Shown here one piece after another: positions 13,554 to 26,888 of a DNA stretch of 32,000 nt (position 1 is its first letter; every line of letters starts with the position of its first letter). Both the position numbers and the translations under genes were made by a program. A model generated the notes under the pieces. It saw only the letters and a list, made by a program, of their open reading frames with translations, did no database searches and was not told the origin of the DNA. Source of the DNA: an uncultured bacterium (GTDB taxonomy: Bacteria; Auribacterota; JACPWU01); contig CAZXEQ010000002.1 in the NCBI GenBank assembly GCA_964640155.1, forward strand, positions 360,001-392,000, given 5' to 3'.

Positions 13554-16500
13554 ATGGCCACAAAAACAAAGACAGAGTTAGGGGAATTTGAAGGGAAGAA
13601 TATTCAAGAGATTTTAGAGCTTCCTAATTTAATTCAAATTCAAACAAAATCTTATTATGACTTTTTGCAGGCGGAGGTTTTGCCTGAAGAGCGTGAAAAT
13701 GTTGGACTTCATGCTGTTTTTAATGAAGTTTTCCCAATTCAAAGTTACGATGAAAACTTGTCTTTGGAATATCTAGGATATTCTTTAGGGGCTCCTAAAT
13801 ATGACATTCTTGAGTCTCAGAGAAGAGGCCTTACCTATTCAGCTCCTTTGAATGTTACTTTCCGGTTAAAAGAAGGTGACACTGTTAAAGAAGAAACCGT
13901 TTATATGGGCAATATCCCCTTAATGACGGATACAGGTACTTTTATTATCAACGGTGCTGAACGTGTTATTGTCAGTCAGTTGCATCGTTCTCCAGGTGTT
14001 TTCTTCGAGCATGAAATCCATGCTGGAGGAATGACTTTATATGTCGCTCGTATTATTCCTTATCGTGGAACGTGGATTGAATCCCAATTTGATATTAATG
14101 ACGTCATTTATGTCTATATGGATAGGCAGAAGAGACGACGAAAAATTTTAGCAACAGCATTCTTGAGAGCTTTAGGGTATTCCTCAGACAAAGATATTTT
14201 GTCTCTTTTCTATGAAGTTGAAGAAGTCAATATTGATAAGAAGCTCGATCCTTCGACCATTAAAAATCGAATTCTTGCTGATTCTGTGGTTGAGACAAGT
14301 ACAGGGGCAGTGATTGAAAAAGCAGGTCACAAAGTTTCCAAAGCCTTGCTTGATAAAATGGATATGTTAGGTCTTAAGAAGCTTTCATTATTAAAAGATG
14401 CAGCAGAAGAAGATCCTATGATTAAGATGATTGTGCGTGATGCGACAGATTCTACAGATGCTGCTTTAAAAGAAATTTATCGCAGACTGCGACCCGGAGA
14501 TCCTCCGACTGTTTCTAATGCTAGAACTTTGATTAAAAGGCTTTTCTTTGATTCAAAGCGCTATGATTTGGGCCGCGTAGGGCGATATAAATTAAATCAA
14601 CGTCTGGGTCTTTCCATGACGGATGCGCGTCTTCGTAATACAGTTCTTGAAAAAGAAGATGTGGTTGAGTCCCTTCGGTATTTGCTTGATTTACGAAAAG
14701 GAAAAGGCCAAACGGATGATATTGATCATTTAGGAAATCGTCGTATTCGTTCCGTAGGCGAGCTTTTGATGAATCAATGTCGTGTAGGTTTAGCAAGAAT
14801 GGAAAGAGTGATTCGTGAAAGAATGAATCTTTTTGACTCAGAGGCAGAAATGTTGACGCCTCATAAATTATTGAATCCAAAAGGTCTTTCCGGTGTGATC
14901 CGTGATTTCTTTGGTCGCAGTCAGCTTTCTCAATTTTTAGATCAAACCAATCCTTTGGCTGAGCTAACGCATAAGCGTCGTCTTTCAGCTCTTGGACCAG
15001 GCGGGTTGAATCGAGATCGTGCAGGATTTGAAGTCCGTGACGTTCACACCAGTCATTATGGGCGTATTTGTCCTATTGAAACACCTGAAGGTCCAAACAT
15101 TGGACTTATTTCATCTTTGTCCACTTACGCTAGAATCAATGATTATGGGTTTCTTGAAACGCCCTATCGAAAAGTAGTGGATGGTTGTGTGACGGATAAA
15201 ATTGTTCATGTCACTGCAGATTTGGAAGAAAATAATGTAATCGCTCAGGCCAGTGCGAAATTGGATGAAAAAGGGCGCTTTCTGGAAGAATGGGTTCAGG
15301 TTCGCCATAAAGGTGAATTCATGAAAGTAGAACCTGCTCGAGTCGATTATATGGACGTGTCACCTCTTCAGTTGGTGAGTGTGGCTGCAGGGTTGATTCC
15401 TTTCTTGGAACATGATGATGCAAACCGAGCTTTGATGGGATCGAACATGCAACGTCAGGGAGTTCCTCTTCTTTCAACAGAAGCTCCTCTTGTTTCAACA
15501 GGATTAGAACATCGTGCTGCGAAGGATTCGGGGGTTGTGGTTGTTGCTCGTAATTCTGGTGAAGTTACCTATTCAGATTCTTCTGAGATTGTGATTGGAG
15601 ATCAAGTTCACCCTCTTAAGAAATTCTTAAGGTCTAATGCAGGTACAACGGTGAATCAGAGACCTTTGGTTAAAAAAGGTGACAAGGTTAAAGCGGGACA
15701 AGTGATTGCAGACGGTATGGCGACAAAAGGTGGGCATTTGGCTTTGGGGCGAAATGTGTTGGTCGCCTTTATGCCATGGGAAGGATATAACTTTGAAGAT
15801 GCTATTTTGATCAGTCAAAGATTGGTCAAAGAAGATGTATACACCTCTATTCATATTGAGGAATTTGAAATTGGAGCTCGCGATACTAAGTTAGGTAAAG
15901 AAGAAATTACCCGTGATATTCCCAATGTCGGTGAAGAAGCCTTAAAAAATCTTGGCGAAGACGGCATCATTCGCATTGGTGCTGAAGTAAAGCCAGGGGA
16001 TGTTTTGGTTGGAAAAATCACACCCAAAAGTGAAACAGAACTTTCTCCAGAAGAGCGCTTGCTCAGAGCCATTTTCGGCGAAAAAGCGGCAGATGTAAGA
16101 GACACTTCTTTGAGAGTGCCCAGCGGTACTGAAGGCATTGTTATTGATGTGAAAGTATTTTCCAGAAAAGAAAAAGCTGCTGGGGATGAAGAACAGGCCG
16201 AAGAGAGATCCAAAGTTCGTCGCTTGAATGATGATTATCGTAAGAAATGTGCAGATTTGAAGAAAACGGCTTTTACTAAAATTCGCGATATTTTGTTAGA
16301 TGTTAAATTGGCAGTGGATATTGTCAATTCTGAAACAGGCGAAATTGTAATTCCTCGTAACAACAAAGTTAGTAAAGCCATGCTCGATAAATTAGAAGAG
16401 ATGGAATATGAATCAATCGAGATGGAAAAATGTGTTGAGCGAGATAGAATGAAAATGGCTCTTTGGGAATATCGCAATAGCTTAGATGCTGTTCAAACCA

Positions 16501-17285
16501 TTCATAGCATGGAAATTGAGAAATTGAAAAAAGGCGACGAGCTTGAACCCGGCGTGATTAAGAAAGTAAAGGCATATGTTGCAACTAAACGAAAGCTTTC
16601 TGTCGGTGATAAAATGGCCGGTCGTCATGGAAATAAAGGTGTTATTGCAAAAGTAATTCCTGAAGAAGATATGCCATTTTTGGCAGATGGAACACCCGTA
16701 GATATGGTGTTGAATCCTTTGGGTGTGCCCTCCAGAATGAACGTGGGACAGGTTATGGAAACCCATTTGGGAATTGTTGCTAGAACATTAGGAATGAAAA
16801 TTGTGTCTCCTGTGTTTAGAGGTATTAAAGATGCTGATATCCGTGCTTTGTTAAAACAAGCAGGTTATCCTGAAACTGGCAAAATGATTCTTTATGATGG
16901 AAGAACAGGAGAGTCTTTTGATCAAGATGTCGTAGTGGGATATATTTATATGTTGAAGTTGGCTCATTTGGCAGCAGATAAGATTCATGCCAGAGCCATT
17001 GGTCCTTACTCTTTGGTGACACAACAGCCTTTGGGTGGTAAAGCCCAATTTGGTGGCCAGAGATTTGGAGAAATGGAAGTTTGGGCTTTAGAGGCCTATG
17101 GAGCAGCTTATACATTGCAGGAAATTTTGACAGTTAAATCTGATGATGTGGCAGGTCGAACCAGGATGTATGAATCCATTGTCAAAGGACAAAATGTATT
17201 AGAAGCTGGAACTCCAGAATCATTTAATGTTTTGGTGAAAGAAATCCAAAGTCTTGCTTTGGATATTCGGGCCGAAAAAGACTAA
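13554..17285 (+). CDS. rpoB: DNA-directed RNA polymerase beta subunit
   Basis: 1243 aa. Conserved blocks include [30 protein letters not shown] and [12 protein letters not shown]. Confidence 0.98.
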   Translation: MATKTKTELGEFEGKNIQEILELPNLIQIQTKSYYDFLQAEVLPEERENVGLHAVFNEVFPIQSYDENLSLEYLGYSLGAPKYDILESQRRGLTYSAPLNVTFRLKEGDTVKEETVYMGNIPLMTDTGTFIINGAERVIVSQLHRSPGVFFEHEIHAGGMTLYVARIIPYRGTWIESQFDINDVIYVYMDRQKRRRKILATAFLRALGYSSDKDILSLFYEVEEVNIDKKLDPSTIKNRILADSVVETSTGAVIEKAGHKVSKALLDKMDMLGLKKLSLLKDAAEEDPMIKMIVRDATDSTDAALKEIYRRLRPGDPPTVSNARTLIKRLFFDSKRYDLGRVGRYKLNQRLGLSMTDARLRNTVLEKEDVVESLRYLLDLRKGKGQTDDIDHLGNRRIRSVGELLMNQCRVGLARMERVIRERMNLFDSEAEMLTPHKLLNPKGLSGVIRDFFGRSQLSQFLDQTNPLAELTHKRRLSALGPGGLNRDRAGFEVRDVHTSHYGRICPIETPEGPNIGLISSLSTYARINDYGFLETPYRKVVDGCVTDKIVHVTADLEENNVIAQASAKLDEKGRFLEEWVQVRHKGEFMKVEPARVDYMDVSPLQLVSVAAGLIPFLEHDDANRALMGSNMQRQGVPLLSTEAPLVSTGLEHRAAKDSGVVVVARNSGEVTYSDSSEIVIGDQVHPLKKFLRSNAGTTVNQRPLVKKGDKVKAGQVIADGMATKGGHLALGRNVLVAFMPWEGYNFEDAILISQRLVKEDVYTSIHIEEFEIGARDTKLGKEEITRDIPNVGEEALKNLGEDGIIRIGAEVKPGDVLVGKITPKSETELSPEERLLRAIFGEKAADVRDTSLRVPSGTEGIVIDVKVFSRKEKAAGDEEQAEERSKVRRLNDDYRKKCADLKKTAFTKIRDILLDVKLAVDIVNSETGEIVIPRNNKVSKAMLDKLEEMEYESIEMEKCVERDRMKMALWEYRNSLDAVQTIHSMEIEKLKKGDELEPGVIKKVKAYVATKRKLSVGDKMAGRHGNKGVIAKVIPEEDMPFLADGTPVDMVLNPLGVPSRMNVGQVMETHLGIVARTLGMKIVSPVFRGIKDADIRALLKQAGYPETGKMILYDGRTGESFDQDVVVGYIYMLKLAHLAADKIHARAIGPYSLVTQQPLGGKAQFGGQRFGEMEVWALEAYGAAYTLQEILTVKSDDVAGRTRMYESIVKGQNVLEAGTPESFNVLVKEIQSLALDIRAEKD

Positions 17286-17322
17286 CAGCTCAGGCGACTT
17301 CTTAATAAGGAGAATGAATCAA

Positions 17323-20300
17323 ATGTCAGAACTAGATTTAGAGAAAAAAGCAATATTGGGTTTCGATGAAGGTCCTTTGTTCAGCAAGATTTCTATTCGT
17401 CTTGCCCCAGGGGAAATAATTAAAGAATGGTCAAAAGGAGAAGTAAAAAATCCAGAGACCATTAATTATCGTACTTTCAAGCCTGAAAAAGGTGGTCTTT
17501 TCTGTGAAAGAATTTTTGGTCCTACCAAAGATTGGGAATGCAGTTGCGGTAAATACAAAAGAATTAAACACAAGGGCGTGGTGTGCGATCGTTGCGGTGT
17601 AGAAGTCACACAAGCTCGTGTAAGACGTGAACGTATGGGGCATATTGAACTTGCGGCTCCTGTGGCGCATATTTGGTTTTTTAAAGCGATGCCGAGTCGT
17701 ATCGGTAATATGTTAGGTATTTCTACGCGATCTTTGGAAAGAGTTCTTTACTATGAAGATCATATTGTGACAGATCCTGGAAATACTGCTTTAGAGCTTC
17801 AACAACTTTTAACGGAATCTGAATATCGTCAAGCACAAGAAACGTATGGTAAGGGTTTTACTGCTAAGATGGGTGCAGAGGCTATTAAAGAACTTTTGAA
17901 AAAAATTGATCTTTCAAAGCTTGCGACTCAATTAAGAGCAGAGCTGAAGAAAACAAAAAGTCAGCAAGCGAAGAAAAAAATCAGCAAACGCTTGAAGATT
18001 GTCGAAGGTTTTCGTAGATCAGCCAATAAACCAGATTCAATGATTTTAGATGTGGTTCCTGTGATCCCGCCTGATTTAAGACCTTTAGTTCCTTTAGAAG
18101 GCGGTCGTTTTGCTACGTCTGATTTGAATGATCTCTATCGACGTGTGATTAACCGAAATAATCGTCTGAAAACCATTTTGCAATTAAAAACGCCGGATGT
18201 TATTGTTCGCAATGAAAAGCGCATGCTTCAGGAAGCAGTGGATGCTCTTTTTGATAATGGAAGACATGGGCGTCCTGTGTTGGGTTCAGGAAATCGTCCT
18301 TTAAAATCATTGGCAGAAATGCTGAAGGGTAAACAGGGGCGTTTTAGGCAAAACTTACTCGGTAAACGTGTGGATTATTCAGGCCGTGCGGTTATTGTGG
18401 TGGGCCCTGAATTGAAGCTTCATCAATGTGGACTCCCAAAGAAAATGGCTTTAGAGCTTTTTGAGCCTTTTATCATTCGTCATTTAAAAGATTTGGGGCA
18501 TGTTCATACGATTCGAAGTGCAAAAAAAATGATTGAGTCGGGTGCGCCCGAAGTATGGGATATTTTGGAAACAGTGACGAAGGACCATCCGGTTCTTTTG
18601 AATCGAGCTCCAACGCTGCATCGTTTGGGAATTCAAGCTTTTGAGCCTGTCCTTGTTGAGGGAGAAGCGATTCGTGTTCATCCTCTTGTTTGTACAGCCT
18701 TTAATGCTGACTTTGATGGTGACCAGATGGCGGTTCACGTGCCTCTTTCTGTTGAAGCTCAGTTGGAAGCGCGTTTGCTGATGCTTTCATCCAATAATGT
18801 GTTTTCTCCTTCAAGTGGAAAACCCGTTTTAACACCTACGCAGGATATTATTTTGGGTTGTTATTATTTAACGAAGAGTCCACGCCCAAATTCTAAAGTG
18901 ACAAAATCATTTTCAAGTGTGGATGAAGTGATGTTGGCCTATTCAGAAAAAGTCATTAAAATTCATGATTTGATTAAAATCCGTATTGATGGCAAATCGA
19001 TTGAGACCACATGTGGACGTGCAATTTTCAACGAAAGTTTGCCCAAAGAGTTATGGTTTGTGAATCATGAAATTGATAAAAAAGCCCTTTCTAAGTTGAT
19101 CATCCGTTGTTATGAAAAAGTAGGGCATCAACGAACGATTGAAACTTTGGATCGCCTTAAACAGTTGGGTTTCCATTCTGCGACGAAGGCCGGTATTTCT
19201 ATTTCAGTGTCCGACATGATGATTCCAAAAGAGAAAGATGGAATTATTCAAGCTGCGCACAAAGAAGTTGAAAAAGTTGAAAAGCAATATCGTGCAGGGT
19301 CTATCACAGAAGGTGAACGTTATAATAAAATTATTGATATTTGGACACATGCGACCGATGGTATTTCTGAAGCCTTGTTTAGAGGCCTTGAAGATAATCG
19401 TGAGAATAGAGGTATTAATCCTCTCTTTATCATGGTGGATTCAGGCGCCAGAGGTTCTAAACAACAGATTCGTCAGCTTTCAGGAATGCGTGGTTTGATG
19501 GCGAAGCCTTCAGGAGAAATTATTGAAAGCCCCATTACATCAAACTTTAAAGAAGGCTTGAGCGTGTTGGAATACTTTATTTCAACGCACGGAGCTCGTA
19601 AAGGTCTTGCCGATACAGCCTTGAAAACAGCCGATTCAGGCTATTTAACGCGTCGATTGGTGGATGTCGGACAAGATGTCATTATTACTGAGATGGATTG
19701 CCGAACATTGAATGGAATTGAAGCTCGTCCTATTTTTGAAGGTGACGAAGAAATGGTCACTTTGCGCGAAAGAATTTTTGGACGCGTAAGTTTGGATGAT
19801 GTATTTAATCCTATTACCAAAGAAGCGGTGGTTCATGCCGATGAAGAAATAAATGAAAAAGCTTGTGAGAATGTTGAGAAAATGGGTCTTGAAAAACTCA
19901 GAATCCGATCTGTTTTAACTTGTGAGTCTCTTCGAGGAATTTGTGCCAAATGTTATGGTCGAAATCTTTCAACAGGAAAGCTTGTGGATCTTGGAGTTGC
20001 AGCGGGAATTATAGCAGCCCAATCGATTGGAGAGCCTGGAACGCAGTTGACCATGAGAACGTTCCATATCGGTGGAACGGCCAGTCAGATTTTTAAACAA
20101 CCCCAGATTGCTGCAAAAAATGACGGGACTTTGCGTTATAACGAAGCCAAAGTCGTTGTTAATAAAGAAGGCAATCACATTGTTCTAAATAAAACAGGAA
20201 CGGTGTCTGTTGATAGTGACGATGGACGAGAGCTTGAGAAGCATACTTTAGTCGTGGGTGCTGTGGTTAGCATTCCTCCTGGAGGTAAGGTGAAGAAGGG

Positions 20301-21387
20301 GGAGATCTTTATTCGATGGGATCCATACAATATTCCTATTTTGACAGAACAATCAGGTTATATTCGATTCCACGATATTATTGAAGGTTCCACCATGAAA
20401 AAAGATCTTGATCAATCCACGGGATTGATCGGGACGATCATCATGGAGCACAAAGAAGATCTACATCCTCAAATTATCGTAACTGATAAGGATGGAAAAG
20501 AAATTTACGGATATTATTCTATTCCAGCTGGAGCTCACGTTGTAGTGAGTGAAGGGGATCATGTTGAGGGAGGAAGTTTATTAGCAAAAACACCTCGAAA
20601 AGTTTCAAAAACAAAAGATATCACTGGAGGTCTTCCACGTGTGGCTGAACTTTTTGAAGCGCGTCGTCCTAAAGATGCCTCTGAAATTGCAAAAATTGAT
20701 GGAGTTGTGGAATTCAGAGGAACGTTCAAAGGTAAGCGTTTATTAATAGTGAAGGATGAAATTACAGGTATTGAAGAGGAGCATCTTATTCCTCACAAGA
20801 AACATTTGACAGTTTATAAAGGGGATCGTGTTAAGAAAGGCCAGCAATTAACGGAAGGCCCAATTGTTCCTCAAGAAATATTACAAGTGTGCGGACCAAA
20901 AGAATTGCAAGAATATCTGGTCAATCAGATCCAAGAAGTGTATCGTCTTCAGGGAGTTGAAATTAACGATAAGCATATTGAAATTATTATTCGTCAGATG
21001 CTGAGAAAGGTTTCAATTACAGATCCAGGAGATACGGATTTTCTTTTCAATGAACAAATTGATAAAATCCGTTTTCGACAAGAAAATGAACGCGTGATTA
21101 AGAATGGTGGAACGCCTGCAGAGGCTTCTCCTCTTCTCTTGGGAATTACCAAAGCTTCATTAACAACAGAGAGCTTTATTTCGGCAGCATCGTTCCAAGA
21201 AACAACACGTGTCTTGACGGAAGCCGCTTCAGAGGGCAAAATAGATTATTTACGCGGGTTTAAAGAGAATGTCATCATGGGACATCTTATCCCGGCTGGA
21301 ACAGGCGCTACGACATATCGCGATATTAAAGTTGTTAAAGGTAAGTCAGAAGAGCTTGCGATATTAGAAGAGTCTGGAAAAATATGA
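17323..21387 (+). CDS. rpoC: DNA-directed RNA polymerase beta-prime subunit
   Basis: Zinc motif CSCGKY...CDRCGVEV and catalytic NADFDGDQM. Start set at ATG 17323, 10 nt after AAGGAG (17307-17312). ATG 17314 is too close to the SD, and the TTG at 17254 in the track overlaps rpoB. Confidence 0.97.
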   Translation: MSELDLEKKAILGFDEGPLFSKISIRLAPGEIIKEWSKGEVKNPETINYRTFKPEKGGLFCERIFGPTKDWECSCGKYKRIKHKGVVCDRCGVEVTQARVRRERMGHIELAAPVAHIWFFKAMPSRIGNMLGISTRSLERVLYYEDHIVTDPGNTALELQQLLTESEYRQAQETYGKGFTAKMGAEAIKELLKKIDLSKLATQLRAELKKTKSQQAKKKISKRLKIVEGFRRSANKPDSMILDVVPVIPPDLRPLVPLEGGRFATSDLNDLYRRVINRNNRLKTILQLKTPDVIVRNEKRMLQEAVDALFDNGRHGRPVLGSGNRPLKSLAEMLKGKQGRFRQNLLGKRVDYSGRAVIVVGPELKLHQCGLPKKMALELFEPFIIRHLKDLGHVHTIRSAKKMIESGAPEVWDILETVTKDHPVLLNRAPTLHRLGIQAFEPVLVEGEAIRVHPLVCTAFNADFDGDQMAVHVPLSVEAQLEARLLMLSSNNVFSPSSGKPVLTPTQDIILGCYYLTKSPRPNSKVTKSFSSVDEVMLAYSEKVIKIHDLIKIRIDGKSIETTCGRAIFNESLPKELWFVNHEIDKKALSKLIIRCYEKVGHQRTIETLDRLKQLGFHSATKAGISISVSDMMIPKEKDGIIQAAHKEVEKVEKQYRAGSITEGERYNKIIDIWTHATDGISEALFRGLEDNRENRGINPLFIMVDSGARGSKQQIRQLSGMRGLMAKPSGEIIESPITSNFKEGLSVLEYFISTHGARKGLADTALKTADSGYLTRRLVDVGQDVIITEMDCRTLNGIEARPIFEGDEEMVTLRERIFGRVSLDDVFNPITKEAVVHADEEINEKACENVEKMGLEKLRIRSVLTCESLRGICAKCYGRNLSTGKLVDLGVAAGIIAAQSIGEPGTQLTMRTFHIGGTASQIFKQPQIAAKNDGTLRYNEAKVVVNKEGNHIVLNKTGTVSVDSDDGRELEKHTLVVGAVVSIPPGGKVKKGEIFIRWDPYNIPILTEQSGYIRFHDIIEGSTMKKDLDQSTGLIGTIIMEHKEDLHPQIIVTDKDGKEIYGYYSIPAGAHVVVSEGDHVEGGSLLAKTPRKVSKTKDITGGLPRVAELFEARRPKDASEIAKIDGVVEFRGTFKGKRLLIVKDEITGIEEEHLIPHKKHLTVYKGDRVKKGQQLTEGPIVPQEILQVCGPKELQEYLVNQIQEVYRLQGVEINDKHIEIIIRQMLRKVSITDPGDTDFLFNEQIDKIRFRQENERVIKNGGTPAEASPLLLGITKASLTTESFISAASFQETTRVLTEAASEGKIDYLRGFKENVIMGHLIPAGTGATTYRDIKVVKGKSEELAILEESGKI

Positions 21388-21408
21388 AATTGATGATAGG
21401 GAGTTTTT

Positions 21409-21798
21409 ATGCCAACAATTAATCAATTGGTAAGAAAAGGGCGTCGTAAGCCTGTGTATCGAAGTAAAAGTCCTGCTCTTGTGGGTTCTCCTCAAAGACG
21501 AGGGGTATGTTTGGTTGTTAAAACGATGACACCTAAAAAGCCAAACTCAGCACTTCGTAAAATTGCTCGTGTACGTTTAAGCAATGGTCAAGAAGTGACG
21601 GCCTATATTCCGGGCATCGGACATAATTTACAAGAACACTCGATTGTTTTAGTTCGTGGAGGACGTGTCAAAGATTTACCAGGTGTTCGTTATCATATTG
21701 TACGAGGAACATTGGATGCTCAAGGCGTTGCGAATCGTGGTCAAGGTCGCAGCAAGTACGGAGCTAAGGTTCCTAAGCAATCCGAAAAGAAAGCGTAA
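21409..21798 (+). CDS. rpsL: 30S ribosomal protein S12
   Basis: [12 protein letters not shown]...[11 protein letters not shown] signature. Confidence 0.98.
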   Translation: MPTINQLVRKGRRKPVYRSKSPALVGSPQRRGVCLVVKTMTPKKPNSALRKIARVRLSNGQEVTAYIPGIGHNLQEHSIVLVRGGRVKDLPGVRYHIVRGTLDAQGVANRGQGRSKYGAKVPKQSEKKA

Positions 21799-21810
21799 AA
21801 GGATAGAGTC

Positions 21811-22278
21811 ATGAGAAGAAGACAGGCGATTAAAAGAAAATCATCACCCGACATTCGTTATGGCAGCTTAGCTGTGACAAGATTTATTAATACGATTTTA
21901 CGATGCGGGAAAAGAAGTTTGGCAGAACGTATTTTTTATAACGCTCTCTCGAAAGTAAGCGAGAAGGTTGGGAAGCCTCCGATGGATGTTCTTGAAAAGG
22001 CTTTGAATCACGTGAAGCCTATCATTGAAACAAAGTCGCGAAGAGTGGGCGGTGCTACGTATCAAGTGCCCGTTGAAATTACTCCTGAGCGCCAGATTGC
22101 ATTGGCCAGTCGTTGGATTATTGATTATGCAAAAGATCGTAAAGGTGTGGCCATGGAAGATGCTTTGGTTCAAGAGTTAGTAGATGCTTACAACAATACA
22201 GGTGCGGCTCTCAAGAAAAGAGAAGATACGCATAAAATGGCAGAATCCAATCGGGCTTTTGCTCATTATAGATGGTAA
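21811..22278 (+). CDS. rpsG: 30S ribosomal protein S7
   Basis: GGATYQVPVEI and AFAHYRW signatures. Confidence 0.98.
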   Translation: MRRRQAIKRKSSPDIRYGSLAVTRFINTILRCGKRSLAERIFYNALSKVSEKVGKPPMDVLEKALNHVKPIIETKSRRVGGATYQVPVEITPERQIALASRWIIDYAKDRKGVAMEDALVQELVDAYNNTGAALKKREDTHKMAESNRAFAHYRW

Positions 22279-22310
22279 TTTAAACAAAGCTTAAAGGTTC
22301 AGAAAAAGTT

Positions 22311-22424
22311 ATGAAAGTAAGAGCTTCGATTAAAAGATTATGTGTGAAATGCAAAATTGTTCGTCGTAAAGGACGACTTTATATTATTTGTTCGGATTCT
22401 CGACACAAACAAAGACAAGGATAA
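22311..22424 (+). CDS. rpmJ: 50S ribosomal protein L36
   Basis: Below the ORF-track cutoff. Hand translation: [37 protein letters not shown] (C-x2-C-x12-C-x4-H zinc form). TAA stop at 22422-22424. Confidence 0.85.
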   Translation: MKVRASIKRLCVKCKIVRRKGRLYIICSDSRHKQRQG

Positions 22425-22465
22425 ATTAATCCGAAAATAAAAATTTGGATTTTAAAAGAGATTTT

Positions 22466-24535
22466 ATGGCAAGAGAATACCCTTTAGAAAAAACAAGAAA
22501 TATTGGAATTTCTGCGCATATTGATGCAGGTAAAACCACGACGACAGAACGTATCCTCTTTTATACTGGAAAAGTTCATAAAATTGGAGAAGTTCATGAT
22601 GGTGCAGCTACCATGGATTGGATGCCTCAGGAGCAAGAACGAGGTATTACGATTACGGCTGCTTGTACAACCTGCTTTTGGAGAGGAATGCGTGTTAATA
22701 TTATTGATACGCCAGGACATGTGGACTTCACGATGGAAGTTGAAAGATCTTTGCGTGTTTTGGATGGAGCTGTGATTGTTTTTTGTGGCGTTGGAGGTGT
22801 AGAGCCTCAATCTGAAACGGTTTGGCGTCAGGCGGAACGTTATGTCGTTCCACGTATTACTTTTGTTAACAAAATGGATCGTATTGGTGCAGATTTTTTT
22901 ACTGCAGTAGCTGAGATGAAAGAAAAATTAGGAGCGCATGCTGTTCCTATTCAAATTCCCTTGGGATCCGAAGACCAATTAAAAGGCGTGATTGATCTTG
23001 TTAAAATGAAGGCCATTGTTTTTGATGAAGAATCAAAAGGTCAAAAATTTGAAGAAGTTGAAATCCCAGCAGAGTATGCAGAAAAGGCTAAAGAATGGCA
23101 TCACAAGTTGATTGAAGGTTTGGCTGAAAACGACGAAGCTATTTTAGAACAGTTCATTGAAGGAAAAGAGCCAACGATTCCAGAGATCAAAGCATCGATT
23201 CGAAAAAGTTGTATTGCTGTAAAATTATTTCCAGTAGTGTGTGGCTCTGCTTTTAAAAACAAAGGTGTTCAGCAAATGTTGGATGCTGTCATTGACTATC
23301 TTCCAAGTCCCTTGGATAAACCTCCTGTCATAGGGAAAGATCCTGTGACGCATGCAGAAATAGAAAGAAGTACTGGGGATGAAAAACCTCTCTCTGCTTT
23401 GGCTTTTAAAATTATGAGTGATCCCTTTGTAGGAAAATTAACTTATTTTAGAGTTTATTCAGGCGTTCTTTCCAAAGGTTCTTATGTTTATAACAGTGTA
23501 ACAGGTCGTAAAGAAAGAATTGGAAGACTTTTAAGAATGCATGCGAATCATCGCGAAGACATCGATGAGGTTGGTTCTGGAGATATTGCAGCTGCGGTGG
23601 GTATTAAAGAAACACTGACAGGTCAGACTATTTGTGATGAAGAAAATCAGGTTATTTTAGAATCGATGCATTTCCCAGAACCTGTTATTTCTATGGCCAT
23701 TGAGCCAAAGACGCAAGCGGATCGCGACAAGCTTTCTATTGCTTTAGGACGTTTATCTGAAGAAGATCCAACTTTTAGGGTGACTTCGAATCCAGAAACA
23801 GGTCAAACCATTATCAGTGGAATGGGAGAGCTTCATTTGGATGTTTTAAGAGACAGAATGTTTAGAGAATTTAAGGTTGAGGCCAATGTTGGCGCTCCTC
23901 AAGTCGCTTATCGTGAAACCATTGAGAAGCCTGCAGAAGCTGAAGGAAAATATATTCGACAAACGGGAGGTCGTGGACAGTATGGACATGTCTATGTTGA
24001 AATTGAACCTCTTGAGCGTGGCAAGGGTCTTGAATTTGTTGACAAAATTGTAGGAGGCGTTGTTCCTCGAGAATATATTTCTTCCGTTGAGACCGGTATC
24101 GTCAACGCTGCAAAAGGCGGAATTCTTGGTGGATATCCAGTGGTAGACCTTCAAGTAAGATTGGTGGATGGTTCTTATCATGAAGTGGATTCGTCAGATA
24201 TTGCATTCCAAATTGCAGGTTCATACGCTTTTAAAGATGCAGTCAAAAAGGCATCCCCGATTCTTCTAGAACCCATTATGAAAGTAGATGTGCTTACGCC
24301 TGAAGATTATATGGGAGATATTATTGGAGATTTAAACTCCAGACGTGGACGTATCAATGATATTGAAACTCGTACGAAGAGCAAAGTAGTTCATGCGGAT
24401 GTTCCTTTGTCTGAAATGTTCGGATATGCGACAGCAATACGGTCCTTGACAAAGGGACGTGCAAGTTATTCAATGGAGCCCAGTCATTTTGAAAAGGTTC
24501 CCAGAAATATTTCTGAAAAGGTGTTAGCAAAATAA
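22466..24535 (+). CDS. fusA: Elongation factor G
   Basis: [33 protein letters not shown] and NKMD motifs. Start at ATG 22466, not the TTG at 22445. Confidence 0.97.
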   Translation: MAREYPLEKTRNIGISAHIDAGKTTTTERILFYTGKVHKIGEVHDGAATMDWMPQEQERGITITAACTTCFWRGMRVNIIDTPGHVDFTMEVERSLRVLDGAVIVFCGVGGVEPQSETVWRQAERYVVPRITFVNKMDRIGADFFTAVAEMKEKLGAHAVPIQIPLGSEDQLKGVIDLVKMKAIVFDEESKGQKFEEVEIPAEYAEKAKEWHHKLIEGLAENDEAILEQFIEGKEPTIPEIKASIRKSCIAVKLFPVVCGSAFKNKGVQQMLDAVIDYLPSPLDKPPVIGKDPVTHAEIERSTGDEKPLSALAFKIMSDPFVGKLTYFRVYSGVLSKGSYVYNSVTGRKERIGRLLRMHANHREDIDEVGSGDIAAAVGIKETLTGQTICDEENQVILESMHFPEPVISMAIEPKTQADRDKLSIALGRLSEEDPTFRVTSNPETGQTIISGMGELHLDVLRDRMFREFKVEANVGAPQVAYRETIEKPAEAEGKYIRQTGGRGQYGHVYVEIEPLERGKGLEFVDKIVGGVVPREYISSVETGIVNAAKGGILGGYPVVDLQVRLVDGSYHEVDSSDIAFQIAGSYAFKDAVKKASPILLEPIMKVDVLTPEDYMGDIIGDLNSRRGRINDIETRTKSKVVHADVPLSEMFGYATAIRSLTKGRASYSMEPSHFEKVPRNISEKVLAK

Positions 24536-24571
24536 ATTTTGATTTAAATTTTTAATCATAGGAGACAATCC

Positions 24572-25768
24572 ATGGCTAAGGAAAAATTTGAGAGAAAGAA
24601 ACCACATGTAAACGTGGGAACGATTGGACACGTAGATCATGGTAAAACGACATTGACCGCAGCATTGACCAAAGTACTGTCAAAGAAGGGTCAAGCCAAA
24701 GAAATCACCTATGCCGACATCGCCAAAGGCGGAGTCGTGCGAGATGACTCAAAGATTGTAACCATTGCCGTATCACACGTAGAATACGAAAGCACCAATC
24801 GACACTATGCGCATATCGATTGTCCAGGACATGCCGACTATGTCAAAAACATGATCACTGGAGCAGCCCAAATGGATGGAGCCATTCTAGTGGTAAGTGC
24901 AACTGATGGACCCATGCCCCAAACAAGAGAACACATCTTATTGGCAAGGCAAGTCGGAGTACCTAACATCGTCGTATTCTTAAACAAATGTGACACCGTA
25001 GATGATCCAGAACTATTAGACCTCGTAGAACTAGAAGTAAGAGAACTATTAACACAATATCAATTCCCCGGAGACAAAACTCCTATCGTCAGAGGAAGCG
25101 CATTAAAAGCACTACAGGGAGACACGAGCGAACTGGGAGAGCCATCCATTGCTAAACTACTAGAAGCATTGGACAGCTACATTCCAGAACCCAAAAGAGA
25201 AATCGACAAACCCTTCCTCATGCCCGTAGAAGACGTATTCAGCATCACTGGAAGAGGAACCGTAGCAACGGGAAGAATTGAAAGAGGCATCGTAAAAGTA
25301 GGAGAAACCCTAGAAGTCGTAGGACTCAAACCCACTAAAAACGTCGTCGTCACTGGAGTAGAAATGTTCCGAAAAGAACTAGACCAGGGACAAGCAGGAG
25401 ACAACGTAGGAGCCTTGCTTAGAGGAGCAGAAAAAGACGACATCGAAAGAGGACAAGTCTTAGCGGCACCCGGAAGCATCAAGCCGCATACCAAATTCAA
25501 AGCAGAAGTCTATGTCTTGAGCAAAGAAGAAGGAGGAAGGCACACACCCTTCTTCAATGGATACAGACCTCAATTCTACTTCAGAACAACGGATGTGACT
25601 GGAGTGGCGAACCTAGCAGGTGGAATAGAAATGGTAATGCCTGGAGACAACACGGCATTAGAAGTAGAGTTGATCAGTCCAATTGCAATGGACAAGGGCT
25701 TAAGATTTGCAATCCGAGAGGGAGGCAAGACCATCGGAGCAGGTAGAGTTACTGATATTATTGCGTAA
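24572..25768 (+). CDS. tuf: Elongation factor Tu (copy 2)
   Basis: Protein identical to copy 1, and the DNA reads identical by eye from ATG to stop. Canonical str-operon position after fusA. Confidence 0.98.
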   Translation: MAKEKFERKKPHVNVGTIGHVDHGKTTLTAALTKVLSKKGQAKEITYADIAKGGVVRDDSKIVTIAVSHVEYESTNRHYAHIDCPGHADYVKNMITGAAQMDGAILVVSATDGPMPQTREHILLARQVGVPNIVVFLNKCDTVDDPELLDLVELEVRELLTQYQFPGDKTPIVRGSALKALQGDTSELGEPSIAKLLEALDSYIPEPKREIDKPFLMPVEDVFSITGRGTVATGRIERGIVKVGETLEVVGLKPTKNVVVTGVEMFRKELDQGQAGDNVGALLRGAEKDDIERGQVLAAPGSIKPHTKFKAEVYVLSKEEGGRHTPFFNGYRPQFYFRTTDVTGVANLAGGIEMVMPGDNTALEVELISPIAMDKGLRFAIREGGKTIGAGRVTDIIA

Positions 25769-25840
25769 AAAAGTTTACGATTTTCAGTGTAAAATTCACA
25801 GCAAATGGTAGACTGCTAACTTAAAAGTTATAGGGAAGTC

Positions 25841-26143
25841 ATGCAAAGGATTAGAATTAAGCTTAGAGGATATGATCAAAGAGTTTTAGATCAATCAACA
25901 ACTGAGATTGTAGATACGGCAAAGAGAACGGGTGCTTCTATTAAAGGCCCCATTCCGTTACCTACTCAGATCGAGAGATTTACTGTTTTAAGATCTCCTC
26001 ATGTGGATAAAAAATCTAGAGAACAGTTTGAGATTCGAACGCATAAACGGCTTTTGGATATTGTAGATCCGACGGCAAAAACAATTGATGAGTTGAAAAG
26101 GTTGAATTTGCCAGCCGGAGTTGATATCAATATTAAGCTCTAA
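25841..26143 (+). CDS. rpsJ: 30S ribosomal protein S10
   Basis: IRIKLRGYD...GPIPLPT...[16 protein letters not shown] signature. Confidence 0.97.
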   Translation: MQRIRIKLRGYDQRVLDQSTTEIVDTAKRTGASIKGPIPLPTQIERFTVLRSPHVDKKSREQFEIRTHKRLLDIVDPTAKTIDELKRLNLPAGVDINIKL

Positions 26144-26232
26144 AAATCGAAAAAAAATAAAAACTCTTGAATTAAATCTCAAGAGAAGCTATTCTTTTTT
26201 GCTTTTTAGGGAACTTTTTAAGGGGATTAAAA

Positions 26233-26874
26233 ATGTCGATCGGTATGTTGGGTAAAAAAGTAGGTATGACAAGAATATTCAATGAAGCAGGTAAGGCTAT
26301 TCCTGTGACAGTGATTGAAGCAGGTCCTTGTAAAGTTACACAGATTAAGACATCTGAAAAGGATGCTTATACAGCGGTACAATTAGGTTTTGATCCTGTC
26401 AAAGAAGGTCATGTTAAAAAGCCAATATTGGGACATCTTAAGAAAGCAGGTGTTTCTGGATTAAGACGTCTCAAAGAATTTAAAATTTCAGATGAAAAAG
26501 CTGTTGCAGAATATAAATTAGGTCAAGAAATTCGAGTGGATATTTTTAAAGCCGGTGATTATGTTGATGTCATGGGCTATAGCAAGGGACGTGGTTTTCA
26601 GGGAGTCGTGAAGCGTCATGGGTTTACTGGAATGAGAGCAAGTCATGGCGCAAATGAATATTTCAGACGTCCTGGATCTATTGGAACAAATACATTTGGA
26701 TCAAACACCAAGCGCGGGAAAAAACTCCCCGGTCGTTTTGGAAATGCAAAGAATACCCTTTTAAATTTAGAGGTGGTTAGAGTGGATTTGGATCAAAATG
26801 TTCTTTTAGTTAAGGGTGGTATTCCGGGTGCTGATGGCGGTTTTGTAGTAATTAGAAAGACACGGAGAGGATAA
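26233..26874 (+). CDS. rplC: 50S ribosomal protein L3
   Basis: GMLGKKVGMTRIF... and GKGFQGVVKRHGF-like signatures; S10-operon order. Confidence 0.97.
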   Translation: MSIGMLGKKVGMTRIFNEAGKAIPVTVIEAGPCKVTQIKTSEKDAYTAVQLGFDPVKEGHVKKPILGHLKKAGVSGLRRLKEFKISDEKAVAEYKLGQEIRVDIFKAGDYVDVMGYSKGRGFQGVVKRHGFTGMRASHGANEYFRRPGSIGTNTFGSNTKRGKKLPGRFGNAKNTLLNLEVVRVDLDQNVLLVKGGIPGADGGFVVIRKTRRG

Positions 26875-26888
26875 TAAAGGTTAATGGT

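Noticed and set aside
14950-15010. Checked the rpoB rifampicin-resistance region and rpsL codon 43 for resistance alleles
   Set aside because: [26 protein letters not shown] and TPKKPNSA are wild-type at the classical positions, so there is nothing to report.
17254-17322. rpoC start at TTG 17254 overlapping the rpoB end
   Set aside because: A strong AAGGAG at 17307-17312 followed by ATG 17323 gives the conserved N-terminus (MSELDLEKK...GFDEG). The upstream extension is not RpoC-like.
26164-26210. Hairpin CTCTTGA/TCAAGAG plus T-rich tract between rpsJ and rplC as an internal attenuator
   Set aside because: The stem is only 7 bp and AT-rich, and the T run starts ~10 nt after it. The evidence is too weak to call.
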